Assembly: GCA_963717465.1 (NCBI GenBank)
Contig: OY970340.1
Location: forward strand, 1,696,001-1,760,000
Direction of reading: 5' to 3'
Source of the DNA: Candidatus Bathyarchaeota archaeon
GTDB taxonomy: Archaea > Thermoproteota > Bathyarchaeia > Bathyarchaeales > Bathycorpusculaceae
DNA length: 64,000 nt
Below the pieces are notes generated by a model. That model made no database searches and was not told the DNA's origin. It was given only the letters and a program-made list of their open reading frames with translations. A program made the position numbers and the translations under genes. Below are positions 52,354 through 63,985 of this stretch, piece by piece. Position 1 is the first letter of the stretch; every line of letters begins with the position of its first letter.

Positions 52354-52726
52354 TTGAAGGAGTTCGTGTGGAATAAGCCTGTTTTGGCTATATTTAAGGA
52401 AAGAGACGTTAACCCTGAAGTTGAACCTTTTGCAGTGGTAAAAGCGAAAAAACTGACCGTTGCCCGTTCTGATAGCTCTGAATTAACTGGCACTATTCAG
52501 GATTTCTTTAAAATCATGGGAGACCTTGACTACCTTTCCTCCGCCCAAGGCGCGAGCGATCATTATGTAATTTGCTGGTTTGATGATGCTGAGCAGGATA
52601 CGACTAAGGATGTCTAGGCGACTAAGCAGGGTGAGTTTCAAACAAAAGGTAAGCTGCGTTATTAGCCAAGATGGAAAGAGAACGTATAATGGCTCATTTA
52701 AAGCGGAACACGGGAAACTAGGGTAA
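52354..52726 (+). CDS. Hypothetical protein; +1 frameshift near 52615
   Basis: ORF 52354-52617 continues in the next frame as RRLSRVSFKQKV..KRTYNGSFKAEHGKLG to TAA 52726. Confidence 0.7.
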
Positions 52727-52863
52727 TTTACGTTTTCTCTCGCATTTCATAATTTGTCTACTTGATTGTGCAATTCTAGTCTAATGCTAAAGTAATTTTA
52801 AATATGACAGCCTAAACTTATATGTTCCATATAAAATTTCTAACGAGAAGGTTAAGGTAGTCC

Positions 52864-53265
52864 ATGATGTGCCCAAAATTGAAGTTGACTTTCGTTTCAG
52901 GCAGGACTGTCGATCAGGGCGTAGGCAAAGAGCGAGGAAAAGCGTCCCAAGAATACTTTGACACGGCTTCAATCTGCTTCTTAGATTCAGTAGACCTAAA
53001 AAAGCTTGGCATTAAGAGCGGAACTAACGTTAAATTGACAACAAGATTCGGGTCAGTAATAGCTAAAACTGTGCAAAATCCTCGAGGTGCAATGCCTGGG
53101 ATAGTTTTCATGCCCTGTGGATCATGGGCTAATGCCATTTGCGGGGATGACACGTACAGCATGGGAATGCCCTTGTTTAAGGGGTTTCCAGTTGAAGTTG
53201 AACCAGCCCCAGATCAACCTGTCCTTAGCATTCGAGAACTCATGAAAAAAGAGTATGGAAGGTAA
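52864..53265 (+). CDS. fwdD: Formylmethanofuran dehydrogenase subunit D
   Basis: SGRTVDQG, G.VFMP.G.WAN, GMPLFKG; heads the fwd operon. Confidence 0.92.
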   Translation: MMCPKLKLTFVSGRTVDQGVGKERGKASQEYFDTASICFLDSVDLKKLGIKSGTNVKLTTRFGSVIAKTVQNPRGAMPGIVFMPCGSWANAICGDDTYSMGMPLFKGFPVEVEPAPDQPVLSIRELMKKEYGR

Positions 53266-53269
53266 AATA

Positions 53270-54768
53270 TTGTCAGTTATTAAATCGGTAGTTTGCCCAA
53301 TTTGCGGTTGTCTATGTGACGATATTGAAGTAACAGTTGAAAACAACAAAATTGTAAAAATGAAAAATGGTTGCGCCGTCTGCGAATCCAAAATGGTTCA
53401 CGGGTACAATGACGAAGAGCGTCTCTTGACGCCGATGATTAGGAAAAACGGAGAATTAGTTCCCGTTTCAATGGATGAAGCCGTGCAAAAAGCCGCCCAG
53501 ATTCTAACCGATGCCAAGTACCCCTTGCTTTTCGGTTGGAGTTCATCAACCAGCGAAGCGCAACGAATAGGCGTAGAGTTAGCTGAAGAGCTTGGCAGCG
53601 CTCTTGATAACACCTGCAGTATCTGTCACGGTCCATCAGTTATGGCTATTCAAGAAATAGGCATCCCTGCATGTACGCTGGGACAAATCAGGCACCGTGC
53701 AGACTTAATTATTTATTGGGCTTGTGACCCTTGGAGTGCCCATCCACGGCATCTTGAACGTTACACTTCTTTCTCAGAAGGAAGATTCGAAAAAAGCGAA
53801 TTGAAAGGCTACATCCAAAAGATGAAAGCAGCATCGGCGGAAAAAAAGATAGATGCAATGATCAAGCGCTCAAAAATTAAGTATCAACCGCCGCCTCGTC
53901 CGCAAACATGCACTGTAGATGCTCCTCCTGAGAACTTTCCAAAAACTGGGGCGGAAAATGATTGTGTGTTGATGTTAGAAAAACAATGACTGCTGAAGCT
54001 GCAGACTACTTCATTCAAGTTGAGCCTAACCATGATTATGAAGTTTTAGAGGCATTGCGAGCTCTGGTTTTTGATCAAGAGCTTGATGTTGATAAAGTAG
54101 GCGGTGTCCCAGTTGAGTACTTAAAAGAAGTCGCAGATGCCATGGTGAACGCAGAATTCGGCGTAATCTTCTTCGGTCTTGGATTAACAGCAACTGCAGG
54201 CAGATTCCGAAACATCGAAAACGCCATCGCATTAACACGTGACCTAAACAGAAAAACAAAATTCATGATCTTGCCCATGCGAGGACACTTTAACGTAACA
54301 GGCGCAAACGTGGTTTTTGCTTGGCAAACAGGCTATCCTTTCGCGCTTGACTTCTCACTTGGCTTTCCACAATACAATCCAGGTGAATTCACAGCCATCG
54401 ACTTGCTGAAACGCAACGATAACGATGCAATGTTAGTCATATCCTCTGATCCCGGAGCGCATTTTCCTAAGCCTGCTGTTCAAAACATGGTTAAGCATCC
54501 GTTAATCGTAATTGATCCACACATGAATTGCACCTCTATGCTGGGCGATGTGGTTTTCCCAACACAATGGTGCGGAATAGAATATCAAGGCACCGCATAC
54601 CGAATGGATCATGTACCAATAATGCTTCGCAAAGTTGTTGAGCCACCACCAGGCATTCTATCAGACGAGGATATCCTAAAACTAATTCTTAACGAAGTAA
54701 GGTCAATCAAAGCCAAAAAGCTCGAAGAAGAATCAAAAAACCAACCGCTTAAAGAAGGAAGTTCATAA
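53270..54768 (+). CDS. fwdB: Formylmethanofuran dehydrogenase subunit B; frameshifts near 53950-53967
   Basis: CPICGCLCDD, CHGPS (Cys ligand), HPRH, PMRGHFNV, GTAYRMD. Confidence 0.94.
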
Positions 54769-56463
54769 ATGACTGACTTACTTATAAAAAACGGCTTTGT
54801 CTTTGACCCCATAAACAAGATTAACGGCGAAAAAATGGATATCGCCATCAAAAACGGCAAAATCGTTGAAAAGATACCTGAACATAAGGGACATGTAATA
54901 GATGCTACTGGCTTAACAGTTATGCCTGGCGGAATCGATATTCATACACATGTCGCAGGCACTGAAGTTAATCTTGGCAGAATACTTCGTCCAGAAGACC
55001 ACGTTAAAGATGTGGAATGCAAAACCGCCATAACAAGATCAGGCGTTGGCTACTCAATTCCATCAACCTTCACAACAGGATACCGCTATTCAAGAATGGG
55101 TTACACAACAATAATGAATCCATCAATGCCTCCTCTGGAAGCAAAGCACACACATGAAGAATTAAACGACATACCACTGGTGGACAAAGCTTCTTATCCG
55201 CTTCTAGGCGACTGGTGGTTTGTACTAGAACTCTTGAGTCAAGGGAAAATTGAGGAATGCGCCAGGCACGTAGCATGGATGTTGCAGATAACAAAAGGAT
55301 ACGCTATAAAAATTGTTAATCCCGGCGGCTTAGAATCATGGGGTTTCGGACGAAACGTTAAAACTATCGATGATCCAGTTCCTCACTTCTGCATAACCCC
55401 TCGTGAAATAATACGTGGCTTAGCAAAAGTGAACAAGATGCTGAATCTGCCGCATACTATACACCTTCACACTAACAACCTTGGGATACCAGGCAACTAC
55501 ACAACAACTCTTGACACAATGAGAGCTTTTGAAGACTTGTGCACTGATGGAAAACCAGTAGCGCACATAACACATTTACAGTTCAGCAGTTTCGGAGGAG
55601 ACGGCTGGGGAAACATGAGATCAGCAGCGGAACCAATCTCAAAATACATTAACACTCATAGCCACATGACCTTTGACATGGGTCAAGTAATATTCACCGA
55701 TACAACAACAATGACTGCTGATGGACCTTTCGAATTTACACTCTACGAATTAAGCGGTCACAAATGGATCAACGGCGACGTGGAAACCGAAACAAGCGGC
55801 GGCATCATCCCGTTCCACTATAAGCGTAACAACGCTGTTAATGCAACCCAATGGTCAATTGCCCTAGAACTTGCATTAATGATTGAGGACCCATGGAAAA
55901 TCTTCCTAACAACAGATCACCCTAATGGCGGACCGTTTTTTGCTTATCCAAAAATCCTTGCGTGGTTGATGAGCAAAAAATGCAGATTGACACTGCTAAA
56001 GAAGTGCCACAAGAAAGCCCAAAAAATCAGCCTTCTCCCAACAATTAACCGAGAATTAACCCTGTACGAATTAGCGATAATGACCAGAGCAGGACAAGCC
56101 AAAGCCTTAGGGCTCAAAAATAAGGGTCACTTGGGCATAGGCGCGGATGCGGATATTTCAATTTACAACATTAATCCTGAAACAACTGACATAGCTAAGA
56201 AATATCAGGCGGCTCGCAAAGCCTTCCAGCATGCAGCTTACACGATAAAGGATGGAAAAATAGTGGTTAAGGACGGCGAAGTAGTCAGTCACGTTGATGG
56301 CAGAACCATGTGGCTGGATGTACAAACAGATAAACAACCTGAAATTAACGAGGAAATGAAAAGAAAATTCAGAGAATACTGGACAGTTGAATACGATAAT
56401 TATCCAGTTTTCGAGCATTACCTTAAAGTTCCTGAAAAATTAACCATAAGGGCAAGTGTCTAA
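54769..56463 (+). CDS. fwdA: Formylmethanofuran dehydrogenase subunit A
   Basis: IDIHTH, KIVNPGG, HLHTNNLG, TTDHPNGG. Confidence 0.96.
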   Translation: MTDLLIKNGFVFDPINKINGEKMDIAIKNGKIVEKIPEHKGHVIDATGLTVMPGGIDIHTHVAGTEVNLGRILRPEDHVKDVECKTAITRSGVGYSIPSTFTTGYRYSRMGYTTIMNPSMPPLEAKHTHEELNDIPLVDKASYPLLGDWWFVLELLSQGKIEECARHVAWMLQITKGYAIKIVNPGGLESWGFGRNVKTIDDPVPHFCITPREIIRGLAKVNKMLNLPHTIHLHTNNLGIPGNYTTTLDTMRAFEDLCTDGKPVAHITHLQFSSFGGDGWGNMRSAAEPISKYINTHSHMTFDMGQVIFTDTTTMTADGPFEFTLYELSGHKWINGDVETETSGGIIPFHYKRNNAVNATQWSIALELALMIEDPWKIFLTTDHPNGGPFFAYPKILAWLMSKKCRLTLLKKCHKKAQKISLLPTINRELTLYELAIMTRAGQAKALGLKNKGHLGIGADADISIYNINPETTDIAKKYQAARKAFQHAAYTIKDGKIVVKDGEVVSHVDGRTMWLDVQTDKQPEINEEMKRKFREYWTVEYDNYPVFEHYLKVPEKLTIRASV

Positions 56464-56464
56464 A

Positions 56465-57276
56465 ATGATAACTTTAACACCACTCAAAACGTTTGATGTT
56501 CCAGTAGTTGCTGAAAAAATAACTCCATTTAATTTCAAGGGTAAAACCACCGTTGAAATAGGAACTTGGTCGTTTTCGAAGGAAACAGGCAATTGACACT
56601 GAAAGATCTCTTCAAGATAGAGGAAAGCAGTGCTGAAACACCATCAATCACGATTAACGGTAACGTGGAGAAAGTTAAACGAATAGGTCAAGGCATGAAA
56701 AGCGGCGAGATTGTCATCAACGGTGATGTTGGAATGCATACTGGCGAAAAAATGCTCGGCGGCAAAATAACAGTGAACGGGAATGCTGGAGGCTGGGCGG
56801 GCAGTGACATGAAAGGCGGAACAATCGAAATCCACGGGGACGGAGGCGACTACTTAGCCTCTCCGTACAGGGGAAGCAGTACTGGCATGAAAGGCGGCAC
56901 GATAATTGTGGATGGGAAAGTGGGAAGCGACGTAGGCTGCTATTTACACGGAGGCACCCTTAAAATTAAAGGCGGCGCGGGCAGGTTTCTTGGTTACCAC
57001 ATGTCCGATGGCACCATTTTGGTCGAAAACAAAACTGAATACCGCGTTGGCGCATGCATGACCGGTGGCAAAATCGTCGTTGCAGGACCACTAGAAGAAC
57101 TTCTGCCGACATTCACAGTCGACGGCACAAAACCAAAAGTCAAAATTGACGATACACTAACTGTACAAGGACCATTCTACGTGTTTCTAGGCGATTTAGC
57201 TGAACATGGAACAGGCAAATTATTCGTCAATAAACCAAATAATCCACAGCTAAAAATATACGACAAATACCTCTAA
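56465..57276 (+). CDS. fwdC: Formylmethanofuran dehydrogenase subunit C; frameshift near 56564
   Basis: MITLTPLK..EKITP / LVVFEGN..; GxxMxGG beta-helix repeats, FLGD. Confidence 0.93.
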
Positions 57277-57314
57277 CCCAACTTTTTTAGATTTTAAGTC
57301 ATTTAGATTTCTTT

Positions 57315-57860
57315 TCATGCGTTTTGCTTTAAATAATGCTTAACTATCTCCAGCAGTTGTTGTCCTTCAGATGGAAATTTAATGAACGGTACACTTGCAG
57401 AAGTCGCTTTTGCTACTTCTTCAGTAATCATGCCCGTAATAGCTAATATTGGCTGAACGGCTACCTGAAAATTTTGCTCAAGATCAGCTCGGAAAACTGC
57501 CGTAATTATTTTTGCCACATCGCTCCTTTTAGCAACCAAACTATGAAAGCCTTCGATGAAAATCACGTCTAATTTCTCATCTTCCAATAAACCTATTATA
57601 TTATCGAAATTACGGAATTTTTCATCAAACTTCTTTATCACATCAGCCTCTTCAGGAGAAACAGCCGCAACCACTTCAGCCCCCGCCTTCGTATAACGAT
57701 AAGTGTTTGAACCTTCAGTATCCATCGACAAGCTCTTATGATGAGTATGCTTTATCGAGCCTACTCTGTAACCTTCAGCAGTTAAATTGGAAATCAAATA
57801 CTCTAAAATTGTTGTTTTTCCCGAACCACTAATTCCAACCGCAGCAACCACTGGCACCAT
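57315..57860 (-). CDS. mobB: Molybdopterin-guanine dinucleotide biosynthesis protein B
   Basis: GISGSGKTT, IKHTHH, D.EG..T, IEGF; adjacent to the fwd operon. Confidence 0.9.
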   Translation of the reverse strand: MVPVVAAVGISGSGKTTILEYLISNLTAEGYRVGSIKHTHHKSLSMDTEGSNTYRYTKAGAEVVAAVSPEEADVIKKFDEKFRNFDNIIGLLEDEKLDVIFIEGFHSLVAKRSDVAKIITAVFRADLEQNFQVAVQPILAITGMITEEVAKATSASVPFIKFPSEGQQLLEIVKHYLKQNA

Positions 57861-57983
57861 TATTTCACAATCTAGCTGGAAGTAAACAATTTGTTTTTTA
57901 TAAATCGTATGCATCTTTCAATTTTAGGCAGTTAATTTTTTTGTAGAATTTGAGCAATTTTGAGCGACATAAAATAATTCAGG

Positions 57984-59132
57984 TTATTCAAGTTTCTTTG
58001 CTTTGTTTACGATTAATATTGATGCTATTTCTATTTCCTGAGGCGTTGTCATTCGTCCAAGACTGAGGCGTAAAGCTCCCAGTGCTTGTTCTGTCGTAAG
58101 TCCCATCGCCATAAGCACAGGTGATGGTTTTGCTGAACCAGCATGGCAAGCAGAGCCAGTTGATGCCGCGATTTCAGGCAGCTTAGACAGAAGACTTTCA
58201 CCGACTATGCCTTTGATGCTTAAGTTGAGTGTATTTGGTAGTCGCAAAGTTGGATGCCCGTTGAGTTTGATTTTTTCTTTTCCTAAACCTGTAGTGATAT
58301 TTTCTTGAAGTTTATCTCTTAACTCTCTAACGGATCGGCTGAAAGAATCCATATTCTTAAACGCTATTTCGCAGGCTTTGCCGAGCCCAACAATATATGG
58401 AACATTTTCTGTTCCTGCTCGCTTGCCCTGCTCTTGGCTTGCGCCGTGAATAAACTTATCAAGTTTTGTTCCTTGTCTAATGAATAATGCACCTATGCCT
58501 TTTGGAGCGTACAATTTATGACCCGCCATTGTTAGCAAGTCCACGCTCATTTGGTCAGCGTTCACTGGTATTTTTCCGCAAGACTGCGCCGCGTCAGTGT
58601 GGAATATCACCTTTTTTTGGTGGGCAATTTTGCCTATCTCTTCAATTCGCTGGATTGTTCCAACTTCATTGTTGGCATGCATCAAAGTTATAAGAACAGT
58701 TTCGCTAGTTAATGCCTTTTCAACATCAGAAGGGTTCACCATTCCATACTGATCTACCGGTAAAAAAGTAATTTTGAACCCGAACCTTTCTTGTAAATAA
58801 AGTAGCGGTTCAATAATAGATGGATGCTCAATCTTGGAAGTAATAACGTGTTTTCCCCTTTTCATGTTCGCAAAACAAGTTCCAAAGAGTGCATTGTTGT
58901 TGCTTTCTGTTCCTCCACTAGTAAAAACTACTTCATTTGCTTCTGCTCCTATTAACTTAGCAACCTGCAATCGAGCCTTTGTCACTGCTTCTTTTGCAGT
59001 TTCTCCGTACGCATGGCTGCTTGATGGGTTTCCAAAATGTTCCATAAAGAAGGGTTGCATGGCTGAAAGAACTATTGGATCGATAGGTGTTGTTGCATTG
59101 TAGTCAAGATAGATAGGGCATCCTTTTTTCAT
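57984..59132 (-). CDS. Cysteine desulfurase (IscS/NifS group I)
   Basis: YLDYNATTP, FTSGGTE, HANNEVG, HTDAAQ, GHKLY.PKG, STGSACH. Confidence 0.93.
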   Translation of the reverse strand: MKKGCPIYLDYNATTPIDPIVLSAMQPFFMEHFGNPSSSHAYGETAKEAVTKARLQVAKLIGAEANEVVFTSGGTESNNNALFGTCFANMKRGKHVITSKIEHPSIIEPLLYLQERFGFKITFLPVDQYGMVNPSDVEKALTSETVLITLMHANNEVGTIQRIEEIGKIAHQKKVIFHTDAAQSCGKIPVNADQMSVDLLTMAGHKLYAPKGIGALFIRQGTKLDKFIHGASQEQGKRAGTENVPYIVGLGKACEIAFKNMDSFSRSVRELRDKLQENITTGLGKEKIKLNGHPTLRLPNTLNLSIKGIVGESLLSKLPEIAASTGSACHAGSAKPSPVLMAMGLTTEQALGALRLSLGRMTTPQEIEIASILIVNKAKKLE

Positions 59133-59255
59133 TTCAATCTACCTGTTGAAATAATAGGAATCAGTGCGTTTATATTATCCTCTATCTTAGGGGCTCGATA
59201 CGTAGAAGAATTGATTAAGCTGTAAAGTGGCGGCTGAAGAAAATTTTGAAAATCC

Positions 59256-59543
59256 TTACTGCGCTAAAATCTCTATAAATTCGTCTAATGGCTTTGCTGG
59301 CATGCTCATTATGTGCACCGTTCCACGCGAACCGAGTTCAATTGATACTTTGGTTATGACATCATTGCTGGGAGCTTCAACAATATTGACAAAGTCGTAT
59401 TTCCCAATCGTGGCAAATTGTTGGACAACTTTTGCGCCGAAGGCTTCGATTTCTTTGTTGACTTCTTTGATTCTTTCCGGGTTCTTTTTGATGGTTTTTC
59501 TTCCTTCAGAGGTGAGTGTGGATAAAAGAATGTAGGTTGGCAT
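59256..59543 (-). CDS. GYD domain protein
   Basis: YILLS.LT.EG, G.YDFV, GSRG. Confidence 0.88.
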   Translation of the reverse strand: MPTYILLSTLTSEGRKTIKKNPERIKEVNKEIEAFGAKVVQQFATIGKYDFVNIVEAPSNDVITKVSIELGSRGTVHIMSMPAKPLDEFIEILAQ

Positions 59544-59627
59544 AAAAATCCTCTATAATATTTTTCTCTTGCATAGATTTAAATTATTATGCAAAATAAG
59601 TCCTAGATTGTAGACTTACTGATTGTT

Positions 59628-62600
59628 TTAAGTTGATTTGCAGTAAACTTTAACTTCGACTTGAGGTTGGTTTTGTCCTGTGAACTCTGATAAAGTTCCC
59701 TCCCACTTGGGATTTGAATGAACTGTGAATCCAACTGTTTGGGCGATTCCTCTCCACAAGAGTGCTGCGTCGTAGTCTTTTGCGTTTTGTGGCATGAACT
59801 CAAATATTGATCGGCTGGCGATTACGATTATTTTCTTTTTCATTCTTGAAATTGCAACGTTAATGCGGTTTAAGTTTAGCAGGAAATCACTTTCTAATCG
59901 GACGTAGTCAGGGTCGCTAACAGTTGAAGAAATTATAATCACATCATTTTCTCCGCCTTGATAGCGCTCAACAGTATCAACGCGCAATCTGTCATAACCA
60001 TCCGTTAAAATGTTCTTTACAAGTCCTCTCTGCGCGTTATGCGGAGTTACAACACCCACATCCACGGATTGCAGGTTTCTAATCAACGCCTCAGTGATTC
60101 TGGCTTCAACAAGGTTAGATTGAAAACTCTCCATTTCATCGTGAACTATTAGCACAAAAATATTCTCAGGCTTCAATACAGCTTCCAAGCCTTGAGTTGC
60201 CGCTTTGATAGGCAACAATGTTCCAGTTTGATCCGAGCGAAAATCAATTCCATCCTTATAATAAACCCAATTCCTCAAAAACTCCGCAACAACAGTGTGA
60301 CATCTATGGGTCTCACAAAGCCGCTCCGCTGGGATCTCCACGTGGCATAGGCATTTAATTCGGTCGATGCCTACATCTTCTTGCCGCAGTAAACGTAAAA
60401 AATCCTGCGCTGACAAGAATGAAGCCATTTCCTCCAGAGTTCTTCTGTCCTCTTTTCTCCAATCATGCGCTTGAATAGGAGGCAGTTGTCGATGGTCACC
60501 AGCCACAAGGATCTGGGCACTGCTGTTTACGAATGCTCCTGAGAGAATCAGTTCAGGAAGGCGCATCATGCTTGCCTCGTCAACCGCTAACAAATCAAAA
60601 AATCCTTCTCCCCAGGGGGGTTCGCCACCGCCGATTTTTTTCATAAGCCCGTACATTCCTGGTGGAGTAATGCACAAAATCAGTGGACTTGTTTTGTCGC
60701 TATTATCCAGTTTTGCCTGATTGTTTAACTCGTTTTTTAACTCAATAATTACGTTCTGGTTTTCGTTATAGTTAATGTATTTTACTCCATCAATAGGTTT
60801 AGCTGAAGCGACATCATTACTTAGAACTCTAATAATTCTCAAATCACCAAGGTCCACGCCGCCTTGTTTACAGTAGTTTCGCCAAGAATCTGCTAACTTG
60901 CCAACAAACTCCTGAATCGCTTTATGCGTGGGTGCAACCATTAAAACGCGGCACCTGCTTTTTGCACTATGGGCTGCAACATGAGCTAAAACCGCTAGCT
61001 GTAGCGTGTCAGTTTTTCCTGTTCCAGGCGGACCTTGAAGCATTACAATTTGCTCGGAGCTGAAAATTCTTTCGATGAACTGTTTTTGTTCTGGTTTAGG
61101 CGGTAAACGTTTGCTCTCAACCCATTTCAGAAAGTTGTTTGCTTGCTCTTTCGGTAAACTGTCATGCTTACAGGTGTCTTTTTTGCCTGCCAAAAAATTC
61201 GATAGTAAACAGTATACGGTGTTGCTGCTTGTGTAATTGAGGCATTCAGCTGCTCTTTCAGAAATAATATCATCAGCTAATTCGTCTAAGAATGTAGGTT
61301 TTTCCAACTTCAAAAAGTTGAATGCCTTTCTTATTTGCTTTCTCCGCGTTAGATGTGGGGAGATTATGCCATGTGCTGTATTTTCTGCTTTTGCCACTAG
61401 GCCAACTAATCACGTTAATGGTTATCTCCATATTACGCAAGTCAACATGTTCAATTATAACACGGGCTGATTTTTCAGCTTGAGACGGAGACCTTTCTAT
61501 GACTTCCTCAAACAATCCTTGGCTGTTTCTGCGTACTTCGTTGATGATCATCCAGTCGCCTGAGCTTGAGCCATCAGACCCCTTAATCCTTAACGCATTA
61601 GCCAAACCACCATCCGTGATTTGCGAATTGGGGTTTTCAAGAACCAGTTTTCCTTTAATTAGGAATTTGCGTTCTGTCTCCTCGATGTGGGTGCATTTTA
61701 AAATTACAGATCGGCCAGACGCTATTCTTTGAAAAGGTAGCAAAGCATAATACTGGAGTAACTCTTGACGTTTAGCATAGTATTCAAGGTCTAAGAATTC
61801 CCTGCAGCTTCTCTCCAGTGTTGCTGGTCCAAGCGTGAACTCAGCAATTTTTGGTATAGCTATGGGTTTCTTGCCAAGGTGCCTATTCCTAATGCTTAGT
61901 GAACGTTCAATATGCTCAAGAGCCAAACAAAGCTTTGTACCCATTAACGTTAGTTCTTCGTCGCTTATGCGGCGCTTGTTTAAGGGGTAATCGCACCACA
62001 TTCTTTTTTCAACAAAGATTTTTGCAGATCCCTTTTCTTTGTGGTTGTCAAGTCTACCTTTGGCAGCCCAAATATACTCCAGAGGAATTTGATTTCCGAA
62101 TCTTGCTCTTGCAGGGTAAAATCCATCACGATCGCGACCATTGTAATCTAAAATAAACGATATCGCGCCGTCAGGTTTTGTTTTGAACGGGAGTTTGTAA
62201 TTAAAGAAGCCATCCCTGAAAACATGGCGAAGATCGACTGTTGAATTGTCACTGCGTTTAGCAGTCCATTTGTTGTTATCGAAATATCCGCATTGTTCAA
62301 GAACTGGTAGAAGCCCACTGCTATGGTAACCCAACGCTTTTCTAAGTAACACTTCGTTTTGAACAATCGAGAACATTGGTTGATCAATTGCTTGTCTTAA
62401 CCCAAGAAGGTCTCTAACGGCTTGAGCGCTCATTAAAGATGACTGTCGACGCACCGCTTCCATGAGTACGTCCCGTTCGTGTTGAGTGTAAAAATACAGG
62501 TGAATTAAACCTTCGTCTTGGCTGCCTGATTCTTTAGCTACATGCTTAATTGCCTGAATCAGGTCAGCAAAAAACGCTTCAAGCATTTGTTTTTCTTCAT

Positions 62601-63985
62601 TAAGGCTTCCTTCACGGTCGTCAATAAGGTGACTAACAATTCTAGATACGCTGATTGGTTCTCCACGATAGCATGTGCAATTTACTCTGGCGCTTGCCAT
62701 GCAAACAATATCCAGCATGTAATCCCACTGAACATGCAAGTACACTCGGATCATGCCATCAGGTTTACATGAAAGTGATGAATTAGTTCCACTTTGTGCG
62801 CTGTCTTCAGGAAGATTACCATAACCTGTTCCCGTAAGCCAGGGCATTTTGCCAGTCTTATTCACAAATGGGCTGGTTGGCTTTATTCCGAAAAGCATGA
62901 ATTGAGCACGCTGGATTATGCGGTCAATTTTTGCCCCCTAATGCTGGGTCAGTTGATAACTCGTGCACTTTTTTTGTGTCTCTGGAAGGAATTTCCCTGA
63001 AATTGTAGGGCAACTGGTCTTCAGGTTTGGGCACAAATTTTAACTTGGCAAGGTCTTCCAATGTTTTGATTCCATGGTGCCTAAGAGCGTTCTGTTCACC
63101 CCTGCTTAGGTTAAGAAGGGCGATGCTTTGGTTTTCCACGGCGCGCACGATGCAGCACTCATTAAATCCGCAGTTATCGCATCTCTGACAAAGCTGAAAT
63201 TCGACTTCAGACAATGGGGTTTGATGTATGCGAAAGAATTCGCCTTCGCTGCTTAATAACCGTTCAACATCCTGAATTAAGGGGTCAAGCCGGAAAAGCA
63301 GGCTCTCAGAATTCAAATTCTCTATATCTGACTCTTTATTGATTACTCCTCCTTCAAACTCTACGCTGGAAACTTTGTTTCCTAAACCCTGCGAAAGGAG
63401 AAGGGCGTAAATTGCAACCTGGATCCTGTGAGCTGTTTGCTCTTTCCAGGACGCTTTAATTTCAAAAATTTTAAGTTTAGCCTTACCATTTTTTGCAGGC
63501 CAAATTGCAATTAAGTCAGCAATTCCCTTGAGTTCCCAGACGCCAACCTGCCCATTCATAGGCACTTGGTAGAGCAGAACTGGCATGGCATTATCCAATT
63601 CGTTATTTGCTAGTTGACTTTCGATAATATCCTGTAGGAGCTTCAAAGAATTGCTCCAAGCTTGTTCCCAGCCAACGTGTTTTGGATCAACATCTATAGT
63701 TAAGTCATAATAGGCTGCCGCTTTCTTCTTGAGTTCCTCAACTTTGGCTTTTTCAAGTTCTTTTCCTCCACCGTAAAGCAGGGGACTAATAGGCTTGAAA
63801 GCTTCTTGCCAATGAAAGCTGCTTTCTTGCTTGTCTTCAAATTTTAATTTAAAGTAACGTGGGCAGCAGTCAAAACGAATATACTCTGCTATTCCTGAGG
63901 CATCAAGAGAAGGCAGAATAGAAATAGAATCCGTCATCATTTCTGTTTTATTTTTAACTGTAGAATTGCCGTCTTGCTTGCTCAA
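59628..63985 (-). CDS. ~1450-aa Cas4/RecB-like PD-(D/E)XK Fe-S nuclease fused to SF1 (Dna2/Nam7-like) helicase; frameshifts near 62935 and 61290
   Basis: N-terminal CCPR, GIADLI..EIK..QVAIY, CQRCDNC..CC; C-terminal QGPPGTGKT, VDEASM, GDHRQLPP, HRC, TVERYQGGE, NRINVAISR; the three ORFs join with two single-base removals. Confidence 0.88.

Noticed and set aside
57984..59132. Cysteine desulfurase as DndA/SspA of a phosphorothioation system next to the helicase
   Set aside because: No dndBCDE or ssp genes in the window; adjacency to mobB and fwd suggests cofactor or Fe-S sulfur supply.
373..63000. Many 60-140 aa ORFs overlapping larger genes on the opposite strand or frame (e.g. 1418-1843, 15395-15811, 41959-42381, 59227-59535)
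   Set aside because: They overlap well-supported genes and carry no motifs; treated as shadow ORFs.
62924..63985. Standalone CRISPR Cas4
   Set aside because: It joins the helicase after one indel; no array or other cas genes are visible.
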